Position numbers and translations under genes: made by a program
Source: Nitrosospira multiformis ATCC 25196
GTDB taxonomy: Bacteria > Pseudomonadota > Gammaproteobacteria > Burkholderiales > Nitrosomonadaceae
Assembly (NCBI RefSeq): GCF_000196355.1
Contig: NC_007614.1
Location: forward strand, 90,001 to 122,000
DNA length: 32,000 nucleotides
Direction of reading: 5' to 3'
Notes under the pieces: model-generated
Seen by the model: only the letters and a program-made list of their open reading frames with translations
Told to the model about the DNA's origin: nothing
Database searches by the model: none
Shown: piece after piece, positions 1-9,068 of the stretch
How positions within the stretch are numbered: the first letter of the stretch is position 1
Layout: every line of letters starts with the position of its first letter

Positions 1-153
1 GACATTGCCGATAAAGGTAGCCAGCTTGTTGGCATCCTGCACGGTGGCACGGTCGGCCTCCAGATGCACAGGCTTCTCGCTGTCGGCCCGCTCGGCCCGA
101 ACCGGTGCGCTGAAGAGCATTACAGCGAGAAAAGCGACAGATAGGGGTTTCAT
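1..153 (-). CDS. lptA: LptA (periplasmic LPS transport protein), N-terminal 51 codons; gene continues beyond the left edge
   Basis: My reverse-strand translation from the ATG at 153 gives MKPLSVAFLAVMLFSAPVRAERADSEKPVHLEADRATVQDANKLATFIGNV. This is a signal peptide followed by the LptA/OstA N-terminal pattern (E. coli LptA has DQPIHIESDQ...VVTFTGNV). It lies ~20 nt downstream of lptC, as in the conserved kdsC-lptC-lptA order. It is absent from the ORF track because it is truncated. Confidence 0.8.
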   Translation of the reverse strand, partial: MKPLSVAFLAVMLFSAPVRAERADSEKPVHLEADRATVQDANKLATFIGNV

Positions 154-172
154 GGGAGCAGTAAAAGAGAAC

Positions 173-745
173 CTAGCGTTTCTTGTCATGCACGACCTTT
201 ACCTGCGACAACAATTCCGTGTGGCCCGTACGATTGTTCATTTCCATTCCAATCGCTCTGATAGTGGCGTTTGTTTCAGTTATCTCCACGGGCTTGTCCG
301 TTCGCGCAATGTCCTGGTCCGGAATGAGATGCAGCAGACTGGTTGTCAAGATTGTTTCACCGCGGCCTTTACCCGCGTTTCGGACGATCACCACATTGCC
401 ACTCAAATAAATGTCTTCGCCCTCGGCAGACATCTTCGCATTATCCGCCTGCAGTTGTACTGAAGGTTTACCGGGTTCGATAGTAATTAAGCGGGGTTGT
501 TCCAGCTCAGCCGAATCATCGTCGGGATAATGCACCATTTTTTTTCCGAGAAGCATTTTGTATCCCGCGTCGTTCTCATCCGTGCGAATGGCAGAAAAAT
601 CTTCCACAACATAGTCAGGCGCCCGTACCGATATGCTCTCCGGCGCAAGCAAAGGTGTGGGCCCGTCCTGATTCAGCAGGGTTAGCAATGATGCAAACAG
701 GGCTACTATAACGAAAAGGAATCCGAAGCGAAGGTGACCCATCAT
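173..745 (-). CDS. lptC: LptC (inner-membrane-anchored LPS export protein)
   Basis: 190-aa ORF with a single N-terminal membrane anchor (FGFLFVIVALFASLLTLL) and a soluble domain of LptC size. Its ATG overlaps the kdsC stop (ATGA). It sits between kdsC and lptA, the conserved position. Confidence 0.8.
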   Translation of the reverse strand: MMGHLRFGFLFVIVALFASLLTLLNQDGPTPLLAPESISVRAPDYVVEDFSAIRTDENDAGYKMLLGKKMVHYPDDDSAELEQPRLITIEPGKPSVQLQADNAKMSAEGEDIYLSGNVVIVRNAGKGRGETILTTSLLHLIPDQDIARTDKPVEITETNATIRAIGMEMNNRTGHTELLSQVKVVHDKKR

Positions 746-1266
746 GTGAGATAAGTCGCAAGATGCGCGTCCAGCGTGTCCTGCGCCTGCATTATCATTT
801 CGCAGATCTCGCGCGCCGCCCCTCGCCCTCCTTCCAGACGGGTGATATAGTGCGCGTGCTTTTTCACGAGGGCAGGGGCGGCAGGTACAGAGATGGCAAG
901 ACCGCAGCGCAGCAGGATCGGCAGATCGATCAGATCATCTCCCACGTATGCACAGGCGGAGGCATCCAGGTGCTGGTCCTCAAGCAAGGCCTCGAATGCG
1001 GGAAGCTTGTTTTTTGCGCCTTGATAGACGAGGGTAACGCCCCAGTCCTTTGCCTTCAAATCCACACAGCGGGACTGACGGCCAGTGATAAGCGCCACCT
1101 TGACTCCCGTGGCCTTGAGCATTTTCAGGCCATGGCCATCCTGGCTGTTGAACGCTTTGATTTCCTCACCTCCGTCCGTGAGATAGAGGCTCCCGTCCGT
1201 GAGCACGCCATCCACATCGAAGATAACCATCGTGATCTTTCTTGCCTTTTCGTATATGTGTTGCAT
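742..1266 (-). CDS. kdsC: 3-deoxy-D-manno-octulosonate-8-phosphate phosphatase (HAD family)
   Basis: 174 aa. HAD motif I is VIFDVDGVLTDG, and GDDLIDLP lies near the C-terminal third. Size and adjacency to lptC/lptA are typical of KdsC. Confidence 0.9.
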   Translation of the reverse strand: MQHIYEKARKITMVIFDVDGVLTDGSLYLTDGGEEIKAFNSQDGHGLKMLKATGVKVALITGRQSRCVDLKAKDWGVTLVYQGAKNKLPAFEALLEDQHLDASACAYVGDDLIDLPILLRCGLAISVPAAPALVKKHAHYITRLEGGRGAAREICEMIMQAQDTLDAHLATYLT

Positions 1267-1487
1267 TTTGCTATGGGTTGAAACAGTCGGATCGAATGAA
1301 CTTGTAAAAACTCTGGAGCACCCTGCATGCGTATGAATGCCGAAACTCGGTGAGAAGTAGGAGATGAATACCGCAGCTACCCGCTGTGTCGTTGTGAGGT
1401 TGCCGCGTCAGCCCGAGCGGGCACTGATGGACGGAAGCAAGGTGTTTCCGATCTAAGGAAGTAAAACTATCCGATGAAAAGCCGTGA

Positions 1488-2447
1488 TCAGTTTCTTGGC
1501 AATGGGAACACCACTGACTCTACCACTCCTCTCAGCTCTTCCACCACCACTTCCCTTTCCGCTTGCTCTGACACGATTTGTCTGAGTCGCGAGATGACTT
1601 CCTGTACAAGCACTTCCGGCGCCGATGCCCCCGCGGTAATACCGATCCGCATTTTGCCTTTCAGCCAGGCTTCCTGCAATTGTTCCGCCCGGTCCAGCAT
1701 GTACGCGTCCACGCCGGCATTTCTCGCGACTTCACACAGACGGTTGGAGTTGGAGCTATTGGGCGAGCCCACCACAATCACGAGATCGCACTGCTTGACC
1801 ATCGTTTTTACCGCATCCTGCCGGTTCTGGGTGGCGTAACAGATATCATCCTTTTTGGGACCGAGGATATTGGGGAAACGGCCTTTCAGGGCCTGGATCA
1901 CCCGATTGGCATCATCCACGGACAAGGTGGTCTGGGTCACGTAAGCCAGGTGAGCCGGATCCTGCACCTGCAGTTTCTCGACATCCTCTTCTGTTTCCAC
2001 CAGATACATGGAAGGACCATCTCCCTCGGCCTGGCCCATGGTACCTTCCACCTCCGGATGTCCCGCATGGCCGATCATGATGATTTCTCTTCCCTGGTCC
2101 CGCATCTTTGCCACTTCAATGTGGACTTTGGTCACGAGCGGACAGGTGGCATCGAATACCTTGAATTGTCCCGCCTCGGCTTCGCGTCGCACCGCATGGG
2201 AAACTCCGTGAGCACTGAAGATCAGAATGCTGCCGGCTGGAACTTCATCGAGGTTCTCGACAAATACTGCTCCCTTTTTTTCCAGATCCTCCACTACGAA
2301 ACGGTTATGCACCACTTCGTGGCGCACATAGATCGGCGCGCCATGCACGCTCAGTGCACGCTCGACAATTTCGATTGCCCGGTCCACGCCTGCACAGAAA
2401 CCGCGAGGGTTTGCAAGCAATACCTTGATCATTTCGCCGTTTTCCAT
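1488..2447 (-). CDS. ispH: 4-hydroxy-3-methylbut-2-enyl diphosphate reductase
   Basis: Full-length IspH/LytB signature: [36 protein letters not shown] (the three Fe-S cysteines) and [13 protein letters not shown]. The start is uncertain: ATG at 2447 (MENGEM...) or 2432 (MIKVLL...). The ORF-track start at 2471 is probably too far upstream. Confidence 0.93.
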   Translation of the reverse strand: MENGEMIKVLLANPRGFCAGVDRAIEIVERALSVHGAPIYVRHEVVHNRFVVEDLEKKGAVFVENLDEVPAGSILIFSAHGVSHAVRREAEAGQFKVFDATCPLVTKVHIEVAKMRDQGREIIMIGHAGHPEVEGTMGQAEGDGPSMYLVETEEDVEKLQVQDPAHLAYVTQTTLSVDDANRVIQALKGRFPNILGPKKDDICYATQNRQDAVKTMVKQCDLVIVVGSPNSSNSNRLCEVARNAGVDAYMLDRAEQLQEAWLKGKMRIGITAGASAPEVLVQEVISRLRQIVSEQAEREVVVEELRGVVESVVFPLPRN

Positions 2448-2719
2448 TAAATACACCTCATTCAAGCACAAATACCGCTGGCGGTACGGTCAGCATTCGA
2501 CCTATACCCTCAATTTAATCCTTTGTATAACCTCTGCATGCCTGCGAGTGCCAGTCATTCTACAAATCGTGAGGCATTTAATGCAGACCGGGGAAGGCAA
2601 AAGCATAAACACTTATTTTACCATTCATCTGTTTTCTCAAGAGAAATTCTTATCCTCCTGATTGACAAATCCGCTTTCCTGAGCGCCTGCCGGTGCAGGC
2701 TCATGGGGGGGCACGAAAA

Positions 2720-3715
2720 TCAGGAATCAGGCAGGCGGACGATTTTCCGGCGGGAACGAACGCATTCCAGCTGCTCGCAAACCAGATGGGCGCCCCGCAA
2801 CACACGCGTCGTCTGCCGTTGGATCAGATCGGGGTGCACAAAAAATACATTGTTATTCCTCACCGCGCTGAGCGGCGAAAACTGTCGGAGGAAAGCCTTG
2901 ACTTCAGCGGGCGCGCTTTCGTCCTGCTCCAGTGAGACGCTGCTGATGATGGCATCCGGGTCCGCCTCCAGCAGGTTTTCCCCGGACACCACCGGCGTCA
3001 GGGAAGATTCCCGCGCAAACACATTCGTGCCACCGCATATCTGGATGACATCGCTGATGAGGTGCTGGTTGTTTATCGTCATCAGCGGTTGATGCCAGAT
3101 CAACTGGAATACGCTGACCCTGGGCCGGTTGCTGTAGCTGCTCTGGATCCCCTGCAATTCCTCTTCATAGGCTTTCGCTGCCCGTTCCGCCGGCCCTGAT
3201 GTTCCCGCCAGCGTGCCGATAATTCGCAGCAGGCGCGACACATCGGCCAGCGTGACTGCTTCTGTCGCAAAAACAGTCAGGCCAAGTCTTTCCAGCTTCT
3301 CGATATCGGCTCTGGCATTGCCACTGCGCCAGGCCAGCAGCAGATCGGGCTGTAGTGCGACAATTCTCTCAAGATCCAGACTGAATGAGTCCCCTATGTC
3401 GGGAATGGATTTTGCGGCATCCGGATAATTGCTGTGCCTGCTGACTCCAACCAGTTTTTTCCCAGCTCCAGCAGCAAATATCAGTTCAGTGACGTTGGGT
3501 GAAAGTGAAATGATGCGCATTGCAGCGTGAGTCATCCGAACACGGCGACCGTCATCGTCCGTCACTGTCGTCGGAAAACCCGATAAACATGTTCCTGTTG
3601 CGGGAGTGGCAAAACCTGGGGAGGATGACGGTCGAATTACGCCGCCAGCATTGCCGGAATCCATGAGAGCCGATGTAAACAACGCGAACAGCAGGATCAG
3701 GACGTGACGTATCAC
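2720..3715 (-). CDS. Periplasmic substrate-binding protein, BtuF/TroA-like (cobalamin or iron-chelate type ABC transporter component)
   Basis: 331 aa with a signal peptide (MIRHVLILLFALFTSAL). RIISLSPNVTELIFAAGAGKKLVGVS...YPD...IPDIGD...LDLERIVALQPDLLLAW is the classic Peripla_BP_2 (BtuF/FhuD-type) N-lobe pattern. GTG start at 3715 has AGGGAG 9 nt upstream. No permease or ATPase gene is adjacent. Confidence 0.75.
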   Translation of the reverse strand: MIRHVLILLFALFTSALMDSGNAGGVIRPSSSPGFATPATGTCLSGFPTTVTDDDGRRVRMTHAAMRIISLSPNVTELIFAAGAGKKLVGVSRHSNYPDAAKSIPDIGDSFSLDLERIVALQPDLLLAWRSGNARADIEKLERLGLTVFATEAVTLADVSRLLRIIGTLAGTSGPAERAAKAYEEELQGIQSSYSNRPRVSVFQLIWHQPLMTINNQHLISDVIQICGGTNVFARESSLTPVVSGENLLEADPDAIISSVSLEQDESAPAEVKAFLRQFSPLSAVRNNNVFFVHPDLIQRQTTRVLRGAHLVCEQLECVRSRRKIVRLPDS

Positions 3716-3839
3716 GTCACGCTGCTCCCTTCCGGCACGTCCATGGAGAAGGACTGGAAAGAATGAGAAAGGGGAAGCTGAGGCAGCTGGCGGCGCGGCG
3801 TGCCTGGTGTCTATTCGAAAAGAAATTCAGACTGGCAAT

Positions 3840-4994
3840 TCAGGCGCTTTGTACCGAGGAAGGCAGCGCCGGCTCGGTATCTTCCTGATAACGCTGGGCA
3901 AGGGCAACACGCTGCTCATAAGCTTTCCGTGCAATAGCCACGTCTTCCAGGAAAAGCGGCAATTCCCTCATCAGCAACGCCTGGGGTCCATCCACCAACG
4001 CTTTCCCCGGCGCGGGGTGAAAATCCACCAGTATCATATTGGCGCCGGCGATGACGCCCTGCACCGTTGCATGCATGATATCGAGTATGCCATCCGGAGA
4101 CGCGGCTCTCATTCCGACCGAATGCGACGGATCAATGCAGACCGGCATGCGCGTCAGTCGCTTGACCACTGGCACATGGGCAAAATCGACAAAATTGCGA
4201 TGCGGATCCCCCATGTTGGTTTTCATGCCGCGCAGACCGAAAACGACTTTACGGTTGCCCTCGGATGCCAGATATTCCGCAGCGTTGAGAGATTCATCGA
4301 GGGTAATACCAAAACCCCGCTTGAGCAGCACCGGAAAATCCTGCTGGCGTCCCACTATTTTCAGCAACTCGAAATTCTGTGTGTTGCGCGTGCCGATCTG
4401 CAGAATTACCCCGGTGGCATTGCCGGTGCGATAAAGCGCATCACAGATTTCCTCGAGGTGAGATTCGTGGGTGATTTCCATGGCTATCACCCGGATGCCA
4501 TATTTTCCGGCCAGTTCGAATACGTAGGGTAAACAGGCCTTGCCGTGGCCCTGAAACGAGTAGGGGCTGGTACGGGGCTTGTAGGCTCCCATGCGGGTGC
4601 ACACTTGTCCGTTGTCCCGCAGCGCCTGCATCATCAGTTCTACGTGCTCGAGCGTATCTACTGCGCACAGTCCGGCAAAAACATTCAGGGTATCCTGACC
4701 GAAACGCACTCCGTTATAATCGAAATAAGTAGGCCGGTGATCATCCTTGTGCCGGCCAAGAACACGATACTCCTCCGAGATCCGAACAACCTGCTCTACA
4801 CACGGCAGGTTTTGCATATCCTCGACCAACAGCGCCTTGGTGTTCCCGATCAGGTACACTTCGGTGAGCGTCTGCTCGCTGCCGACCTCGGTGCGCACTC
4901 GAGTGGATATTCCCGGCATATTGGCAAGATATGCCAATAACTGCTTGTAGTCGGGACTTTCAGGTCCGGTATCCGGGCTAAGTACAAGAATCAT
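3840..4994 (-). CDS. 3-deoxy-7-phosphoheptulonate (DAHP) synthase, type I-beta, with an N-terminal regulatory-type extension
   Basis: KPRTSPYSFQGHG, KRGFGITL and VCIDPSHSVG motifs of the DAHPS/KDO8PS I-beta family. The ~80-aa N-terminal extension resembles the ferredoxin-like regulatory domain of Thermotoga-type DAHPS. I set the start at ATG 4994 (MILVLSPD...); the ORF-track start at 5069 adds 25 implausible residues. Confidence 0.85.
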   Translation of the reverse strand: MILVLSPDTGPESPDYKQLLAYLANMPGISTRVRTEVGSEQTLTEVYLIGNTKALLVEDMQNLPCVEQVVRISEEYRVLGRHKDDHRPTYFDYNGVRFGQDTLNVFAGLCAVDTLEHVELMMQALRDNGQVCTRMGAYKPRTSPYSFQGHGKACLPYVFELAGKYGIRVIAMEITHESHLEEICDALYRTGNATGVILQIGTRNTQNFELLKIVGRQQDFPVLLKRGFGITLDESLNAAEYLASEGNRKVVFGLRGMKTNMGDPHRNFVDFAHVPVVKRLTRMPVCIDPSHSVGMRAASPDGILDIMHATVQGVIAGANMILVDFHPAPGKALVDGPQALLMRELPLFLEDVAIARKAYEQRVALAQRYQEDTEPALPSSVQSA

Positions 4995-5265
4995 AAAATA
5001 GAATCGGTTTGGGCAACGGGGAGGGCTTGGGCGCCAAGTCAAGGAACGGATTCTAACCGAAAAAACCAATGCTTGTCATTCAATCGAATATCGCGTTTAA
5101 TCCCTTGAATAAAACAGATTTCAATCCCGAATCACTCGCAACGCAAACCGGGAACTGTACGAAGCGCTTTGGCGAAAATATAGAGGTTGATCCACGACAC
5201 AGGCAATTACCATAGGGATAGCCTTTTCCCGGCTATCGTGACCGAACAGGGCAGAAGAACCCGGA

Positions 5266-6237
5266 ATGAAAAAAAAAACGGGCTATTCCCCTTATCCGCC
5301 TGCAATTTTTCTGATGGGGCCGACGGCAAGCGGGAAAAGCGCCCTCGCGCTGCATATCGCACGTTATCTTCCGGTGGAGATCATCAGCGTGGATTCCGCG
5401 CAGGTCTATCGCCACATGAATATCGGCACCGCGAAACCAGGCCCGGAAGCGCTGGCGGCCACGCCTCATCATCTCATCGATCTGATCGATCCGCATGAGC
5501 ATTATTCTGCTGCCCGGTTCCGCACTGACGCGCTGCGCACAATGCGGGAGATTGCGGACCGGGGCAGTATTCCGCTTCTGGCGGGCGGCACGATGCTCTA
5601 TTTCAAGACGCTCCTTGAGGGGCTTTCGGAACTTCCTTCCGCGGACAGCGACGTGCGCGCTGCGATTGAAGCCAAAGCCCGAAAAAGCGGCTGGCCCGCG
5701 ATGCACCAGGAGTTGTTCCGGCTGGACTCCGTCAGCGCGGAACGCATCAAACCAACCGACAGCCAGCGCATACAGCGTGCGCTGGAAGTGTTCTATCTCA
5801 CCGGCAAACCCATGTCGGAAACACTGAGGAAGCCGAAAAATGTTTCACTACCTTACGAAGTTGTCAAGATTGCGCTCGTTCCCGGCAACCGTCAGGCCCT
5901 GCACCAGCGCATCGCATGTCGTTTCGAGCAAATGCTGAAGCATGGATTAATTGATGAGGTGCGGGCAATCCGTGATAAATTCTATCTCAGTGATGAGAAC
6001 CCTTCGATGCGGTGCGTGGGTTACCGGCAGGTGTGGATGCATCTGGAAAACGCAACCGACGCATTGCGAATGCGGGAAATGGCGTTGGCCGCTACCCGGC
6101 AATTGGCGAAACGCCAACTCACCTGGCTTCGTTCCATGAAAGAAACCAGAGAATTCGACTGCCTGCAAGAAAATCTGCCTGAACAGGTGAAAACATACCT
6201 CCTCAACACTGGATTGAAGTTTACAGAGGTTTCATAA
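5266..6237 (+). CDS. miaA: tRNA dimethylallyltransferase
   Basis: 323 aa. P-loop is LMGPTASGKSALAL, followed by SVDSAQVYRHMNIGTAKP and HHLIDL. Typical MiaA length and order. Confidence 0.93.
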   Translation: MKKKTGYSPYPPAIFLMGPTASGKSALALHIARYLPVEIISVDSAQVYRHMNIGTAKPGPEALAATPHHLIDLIDPHEHYSAARFRTDALRTMREIADRGSIPLLAGGTMLYFKTLLEGLSELPSADSDVRAAIEAKARKSGWPAMHQELFRLDSVSAERIKPTDSQRIQRALEVFYLTGKPMSETLRKPKNVSLPYEVVKIALVPGNRQALHQRIACRFEQMLKHGLIDEVRAIRDKFYLSDENPSMRCVGYRQVWMHLENATDALRMREMALAATRQLAKRQLTWLRSMKETREFDCLQENLPEQVKTYLLNTGLKFTEVS

Positions 6238-6296
6238 TCGGTAATTATTTAATCAGCGCGAGATTGGTATTTTTTATTCTGACCAGGAAAAATAAA

Positions 6297-6656
6297 ATGA
6301 TCGATAGATATAAACCCATAGCCTTAGCAGCCGTCGCCCTCGCAGGCGCCCTCTCCCTGGCGGGTTGCGGACAAGAAGAGAAGGTGCATGAATCATGGAA
6401 GACGCCGGAACCCCAGGCGGTTGTGGATGACAGCACTCTCAACAGTTCGATACAGGGCGCCTTGAAATTGGATCCGGAGGTCCGGCATCTCGACATCCGG
6501 GTGGAAGCGCATAATGGAACGGTAATGCTGAGCGGTTTTGCGGATAACCAGGCTCAACTGGATCGTGTCAACATGCTCGCGTGGATGGTTGAAGGAGTGA
6601 AGAAAGTGGATAACAAGATGAATGTTCGCGGTACCCCCGCTCCGGGTGACGGCTGA
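6297..6656 (+). CDS. BON-domain lipoprotein (OsmY-like)
   Basis: Start taken at ATG 6297 (MIDRYKPIALAAVALAGALSLAGCGQ), giving a signal peptide with lipobox LAGC. The rest (IRVEAHNGTVMLSGFADNQAQLDRV...VEGVKKVDNKMNV) is a single BON-domain pattern. Confidence 0.75.
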   Translation: MIDRYKPIALAAVALAGALSLAGCGQEEKVHESWKTPEPQAVVDDSTLNSSIQGALKLDPEVRHLDIRVEAHNGTVMLSGFADNQAQLDRVNMLAWMVEGVKKVDNKMNVRGTPAPGDG

Positions 6657-6721
6657 GAAGCTGCACGAGTATAGGGAGCCGGTTTTTTACAGGTGTCACA
6701 AACCTACCAAGGAAAATTGCC

Positions 6722-9061
6722 TTGATCTCATCTCTGCTTCTGACGCTGATTTTAGTTGCCGGCGTCATCATTTTCGTACCGCAGGTGCGCCGCATCCTCA
6801 TTTCCAGCCGCCTGCTGAAAATCTTCCGTAAGATTCTGCCCCATATCTCGCAAACCGAGCAGGAAGCGCTGGATGCCGGCACGGTATGGTGGGAGGCAGA
6901 GCTGTTCAGCGGCAGACCGGACTGGAGCAAGCTGCTGGCATTCCCCAAGCCCAAGCTGCAGGCGGAAGAAAAAGCCTTTCTGGACGGTCCTGTGGAAGAA
7001 CTGTGCGCGATGCTGGATGAATGGCAGATCACGCGGGAATTGCATGATCTGCCGCCCCACGTATGGCAGTTCATCAAGGACAAGGGTTTTTTTGGCATGA
7101 TTATTCCCAAGGAGTACGGGGGGCTCGGCTTTTCCGCGTTCGCGCACTCCGAGGTCATCCTGAAAATCAGTTCACGCAGTGGTACCGCTGCAGTGACCGT
7201 AATGGTGCCGAATTCGCTGGGTCCCTCTGAACTGCTGCTGCAATATGGCACGGAAGAGCAGAAGAGTTACTATCTTCCGCGGCTGGCGAAGGGATTGGAG
7301 GTGCCGTGTTTCGGGCTCACGGGACCTGAAGCAGGTTCGGATGCAAGCGCCATTCCCGATTCGGCCATCGTATGTTATGGCACGTTCAACGGTAATGAGA
7401 AGGTGCTGGGCATGCGCGTGACCTGGGAGAAGCGCTACATCACGCTCGGCCCGGTCGCGACCCTCCTTGGACTTGCATTCAAGCTCCATGATCCGGATGG
7501 ACTCCTGGGTGGGCAGAGGGATCTTGGCATCACCCTGGCGCTGATTCCCACTGATACGCCGGGTGTGGAGATCGGTCGCCGCCATTTTCCGCTCGATGCC
7601 GCCTTTCAGAACGGCCCCAATTCTGGAAAGGACGTTTTCATCCCCATGGAGTATGTGATCGGGGGGATCGAGGGGGTAGGACGAGGCTGGCGCATGCTGA
7701 TGAACTGCCTTGCTGCCGGCCGCTCCATCTCCCTGCCCGCCACCAGCACTGGCGGAGCCAAGCTGGCCACACGCGCAACGGGCGCTTACAGCAGAGTACG
7801 GGTGCAGTTCAAACAGCCTATCGGATTTTTTGAGGGTGTCGAAGAAGCGCTTGCACGCATCGGGGGTCATACCTACATGATGGATGCGGCGCGAATGATG
7901 ACTGCGGGAGCGGTGGATCTCGGGCAAAAGCCTTCCGTGATCTCCGCCATTGTCAAATACCATCTCACTGAGCGGGGACGCGAGGTGATCAATGATGCAA
8001 TGGATGTGCATGGAGGCAAGGGCATCTGCCTGGGGCCGGGCAACTACCTGGGGCGCAACTATCAGCAGATTCCGGTCAGCATCACTGTGGAAGGCGCCAA
8101 CATCCTCACGCGAAACATGATCATTTTCGGTCAGGGCGCGATACGCTGCCATCCATACCTGCTGAAGGAAATCCGTGCCGCCGGAGACTTGGACACGAAG
8201 CGGGGGCTGGTGGAATTCGACAAGGCTCTGGCCGGGCATTTTGTCTTTACGGTCGGCAATGGTTTGCGATCGCTCATGCACGGTCTTACCGGCGGCAGGT
8301 TTGCGAAGGCGCCGTTGAACACGGATCCGGAAGTACAGGATTACTACAGCCAGCTGACGCGTTGCTCGGCCTCTTTCGCCTTTCTCGCTGATATCTCCCT
8401 TCTGGTTCTGGGCGGGTCGCTCAAACGCAGGGAGCGTTTATCCGCACGCCTGGGCGATATTCTAAGCCTTCTCTATTTATGCTCCGCTGTGCTGAAACGC
8501 TTTAACGATGATCGCCGACCCCCTTCTGACTTGCCGCTGCTGCATTGGTCCATGCAGGATGCGTTGTATCGCGTGCAACAGGCCTTCGATGGGGTACTGG
8601 ATAATTTTCCCGCTACCGGATTCACACGACGCGTATTGCGATTCATGGTGTTTCCGCTGGGCAAACCGTTCTCTCCGCCCCCGGACGAGCTGGAACAAAA
8701 AATTGCGACATTGATGCTGGCGCCCGGCGACGCGCGTGATCGCCTCACTGCCGGTATTTACATACCCACAGCCAAAGACGAGCCGCTGAATATTCTGGAA
8801 CAGGCACTGCAGCATGCAGTGTCCTGTGAGGCAACGGAAGCCAAGCTGCGTACGGCGATAAAGAGCGGGCAGATTCCCGCGCAGGAAGAAGAGAGTATCG
8901 CGGCTGCCCTGAAGCAAAGAGTCATTACGTCTACGGAACTGGAAATATTGAAAAAAATGGGAGCCTTGCGCCGCCGCGTGATCATGGTGGACGATTTTCC
9001 TTCTGACTTCGGCTCGAGATCGGACGCGGCAGCTGAAGCTGCTTCGCCAATCAACGCATGA
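6722..9061 (+). CDS. fadE: Acyl-CoA dehydrogenase, large FadE type
   Basis: 779 aa, collinear with E. coli FadE as I recall it: TVWWEAELFSGRPDW vs TTWWEGDLFQGKPDW, LGITLALIPTDTPGVEIGRRHFPL, GQGAIRCHPY, GGSLKRRERLSARLGDILS. N-terminal hydrophobic segment as in FadE. TTG start at 6722, so the start is uncertain. Confidence 0.9.
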   Translation: MISSLLLTLILVAGVIIFVPQVRRILISSRLLKIFRKILPHISQTEQEALDAGTVWWEAELFSGRPDWSKLLAFPKPKLQAEEKAFLDGPVEELCAMLDEWQITRELHDLPPHVWQFIKDKGFFGMIIPKEYGGLGFSAFAHSEVILKISSRSGTAAVTVMVPNSLGPSELLLQYGTEEQKSYYLPRLAKGLEVPCFGLTGPEAGSDASAIPDSAIVCYGTFNGNEKVLGMRVTWEKRYITLGPVATLLGLAFKLHDPDGLLGGQRDLGITLALIPTDTPGVEIGRRHFPLDAAFQNGPNSGKDVFIPMEYVIGGIEGVGRGWRMLMNCLAAGRSISLPATSTGGAKLATRATGAYSRVRVQFKQPIGFFEGVEEALARIGGHTYMMDAARMMTAGAVDLGQKPSVISAIVKYHLTERGREVINDAMDVHGGKGICLGPGNYLGRNYQQIPVSITVEGANILTRNMIIFGQGAIRCHPYLLKEIRAAGDLDTKRGLVEFDKALAGHFVFTVGNGLRSLMHGLTGGRFAKAPLNTDPEVQDYYSQLTRCSASFAFLADISLLVLGGSLKRRERLSARLGDILSLLYLCSAVLKRFNDDRRPPSDLPLLHWSMQDALYRVQQAFDGVLDNFPATGFTRRVLRFMVFPLGKPFSPPPDELEQKIATLMLAPGDARDRLTAGIYIPTAKDEPLNILEQALQHAVSCEATEAKLRTAIKSGQIPAQEEESIAAALKQRVITSTELEILKKMGALRRRVIMVDDFPSDFGSRSDAAAEAASPINA

Positions 9062-9068
9062 GCACTAT

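Noticed and set aside
1578-2450. 290-aa plus-strand ORF covering almost all of ispH
   Set aside because: It is antisense to a gene with unmistakable IspH motifs. Its product is low-complexity and His/Arg-rich with no recognisable motif, a typical shadow ORF in G+C-rich DNA.
3716-3839. Possible cobalamin riboswitch upstream of the BtuF-like gene
   Set aside because: Only ~125 nt are available, and I could not find a B12-box-like element or the expected conserved GCCACUG/GGGAA core.
4995-5069. 25-codon N-terminal extension of the DAHP synthase ORF (and 2448-2471 for ispH)
   Set aside because: The extension sequences (MVFSVRIRSLTWRPSPPRCPNRFYF; MCLNEVYL) look non-native, and a downstream ATG gives a family-typical N-terminus.
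7172-8281. 369-aa minus-strand ORF inside fadE (and similar ones at 3807-4532, 6568-7251, 11678-12475, 13547-14194 and 14679-15416)
   Set aside because: All lie antisense to ORFs with strong family signatures (DAHPS, FadE, FadB-like, thiolase). They have Arg/His/Gly-rich junk-like composition and no start-site support.
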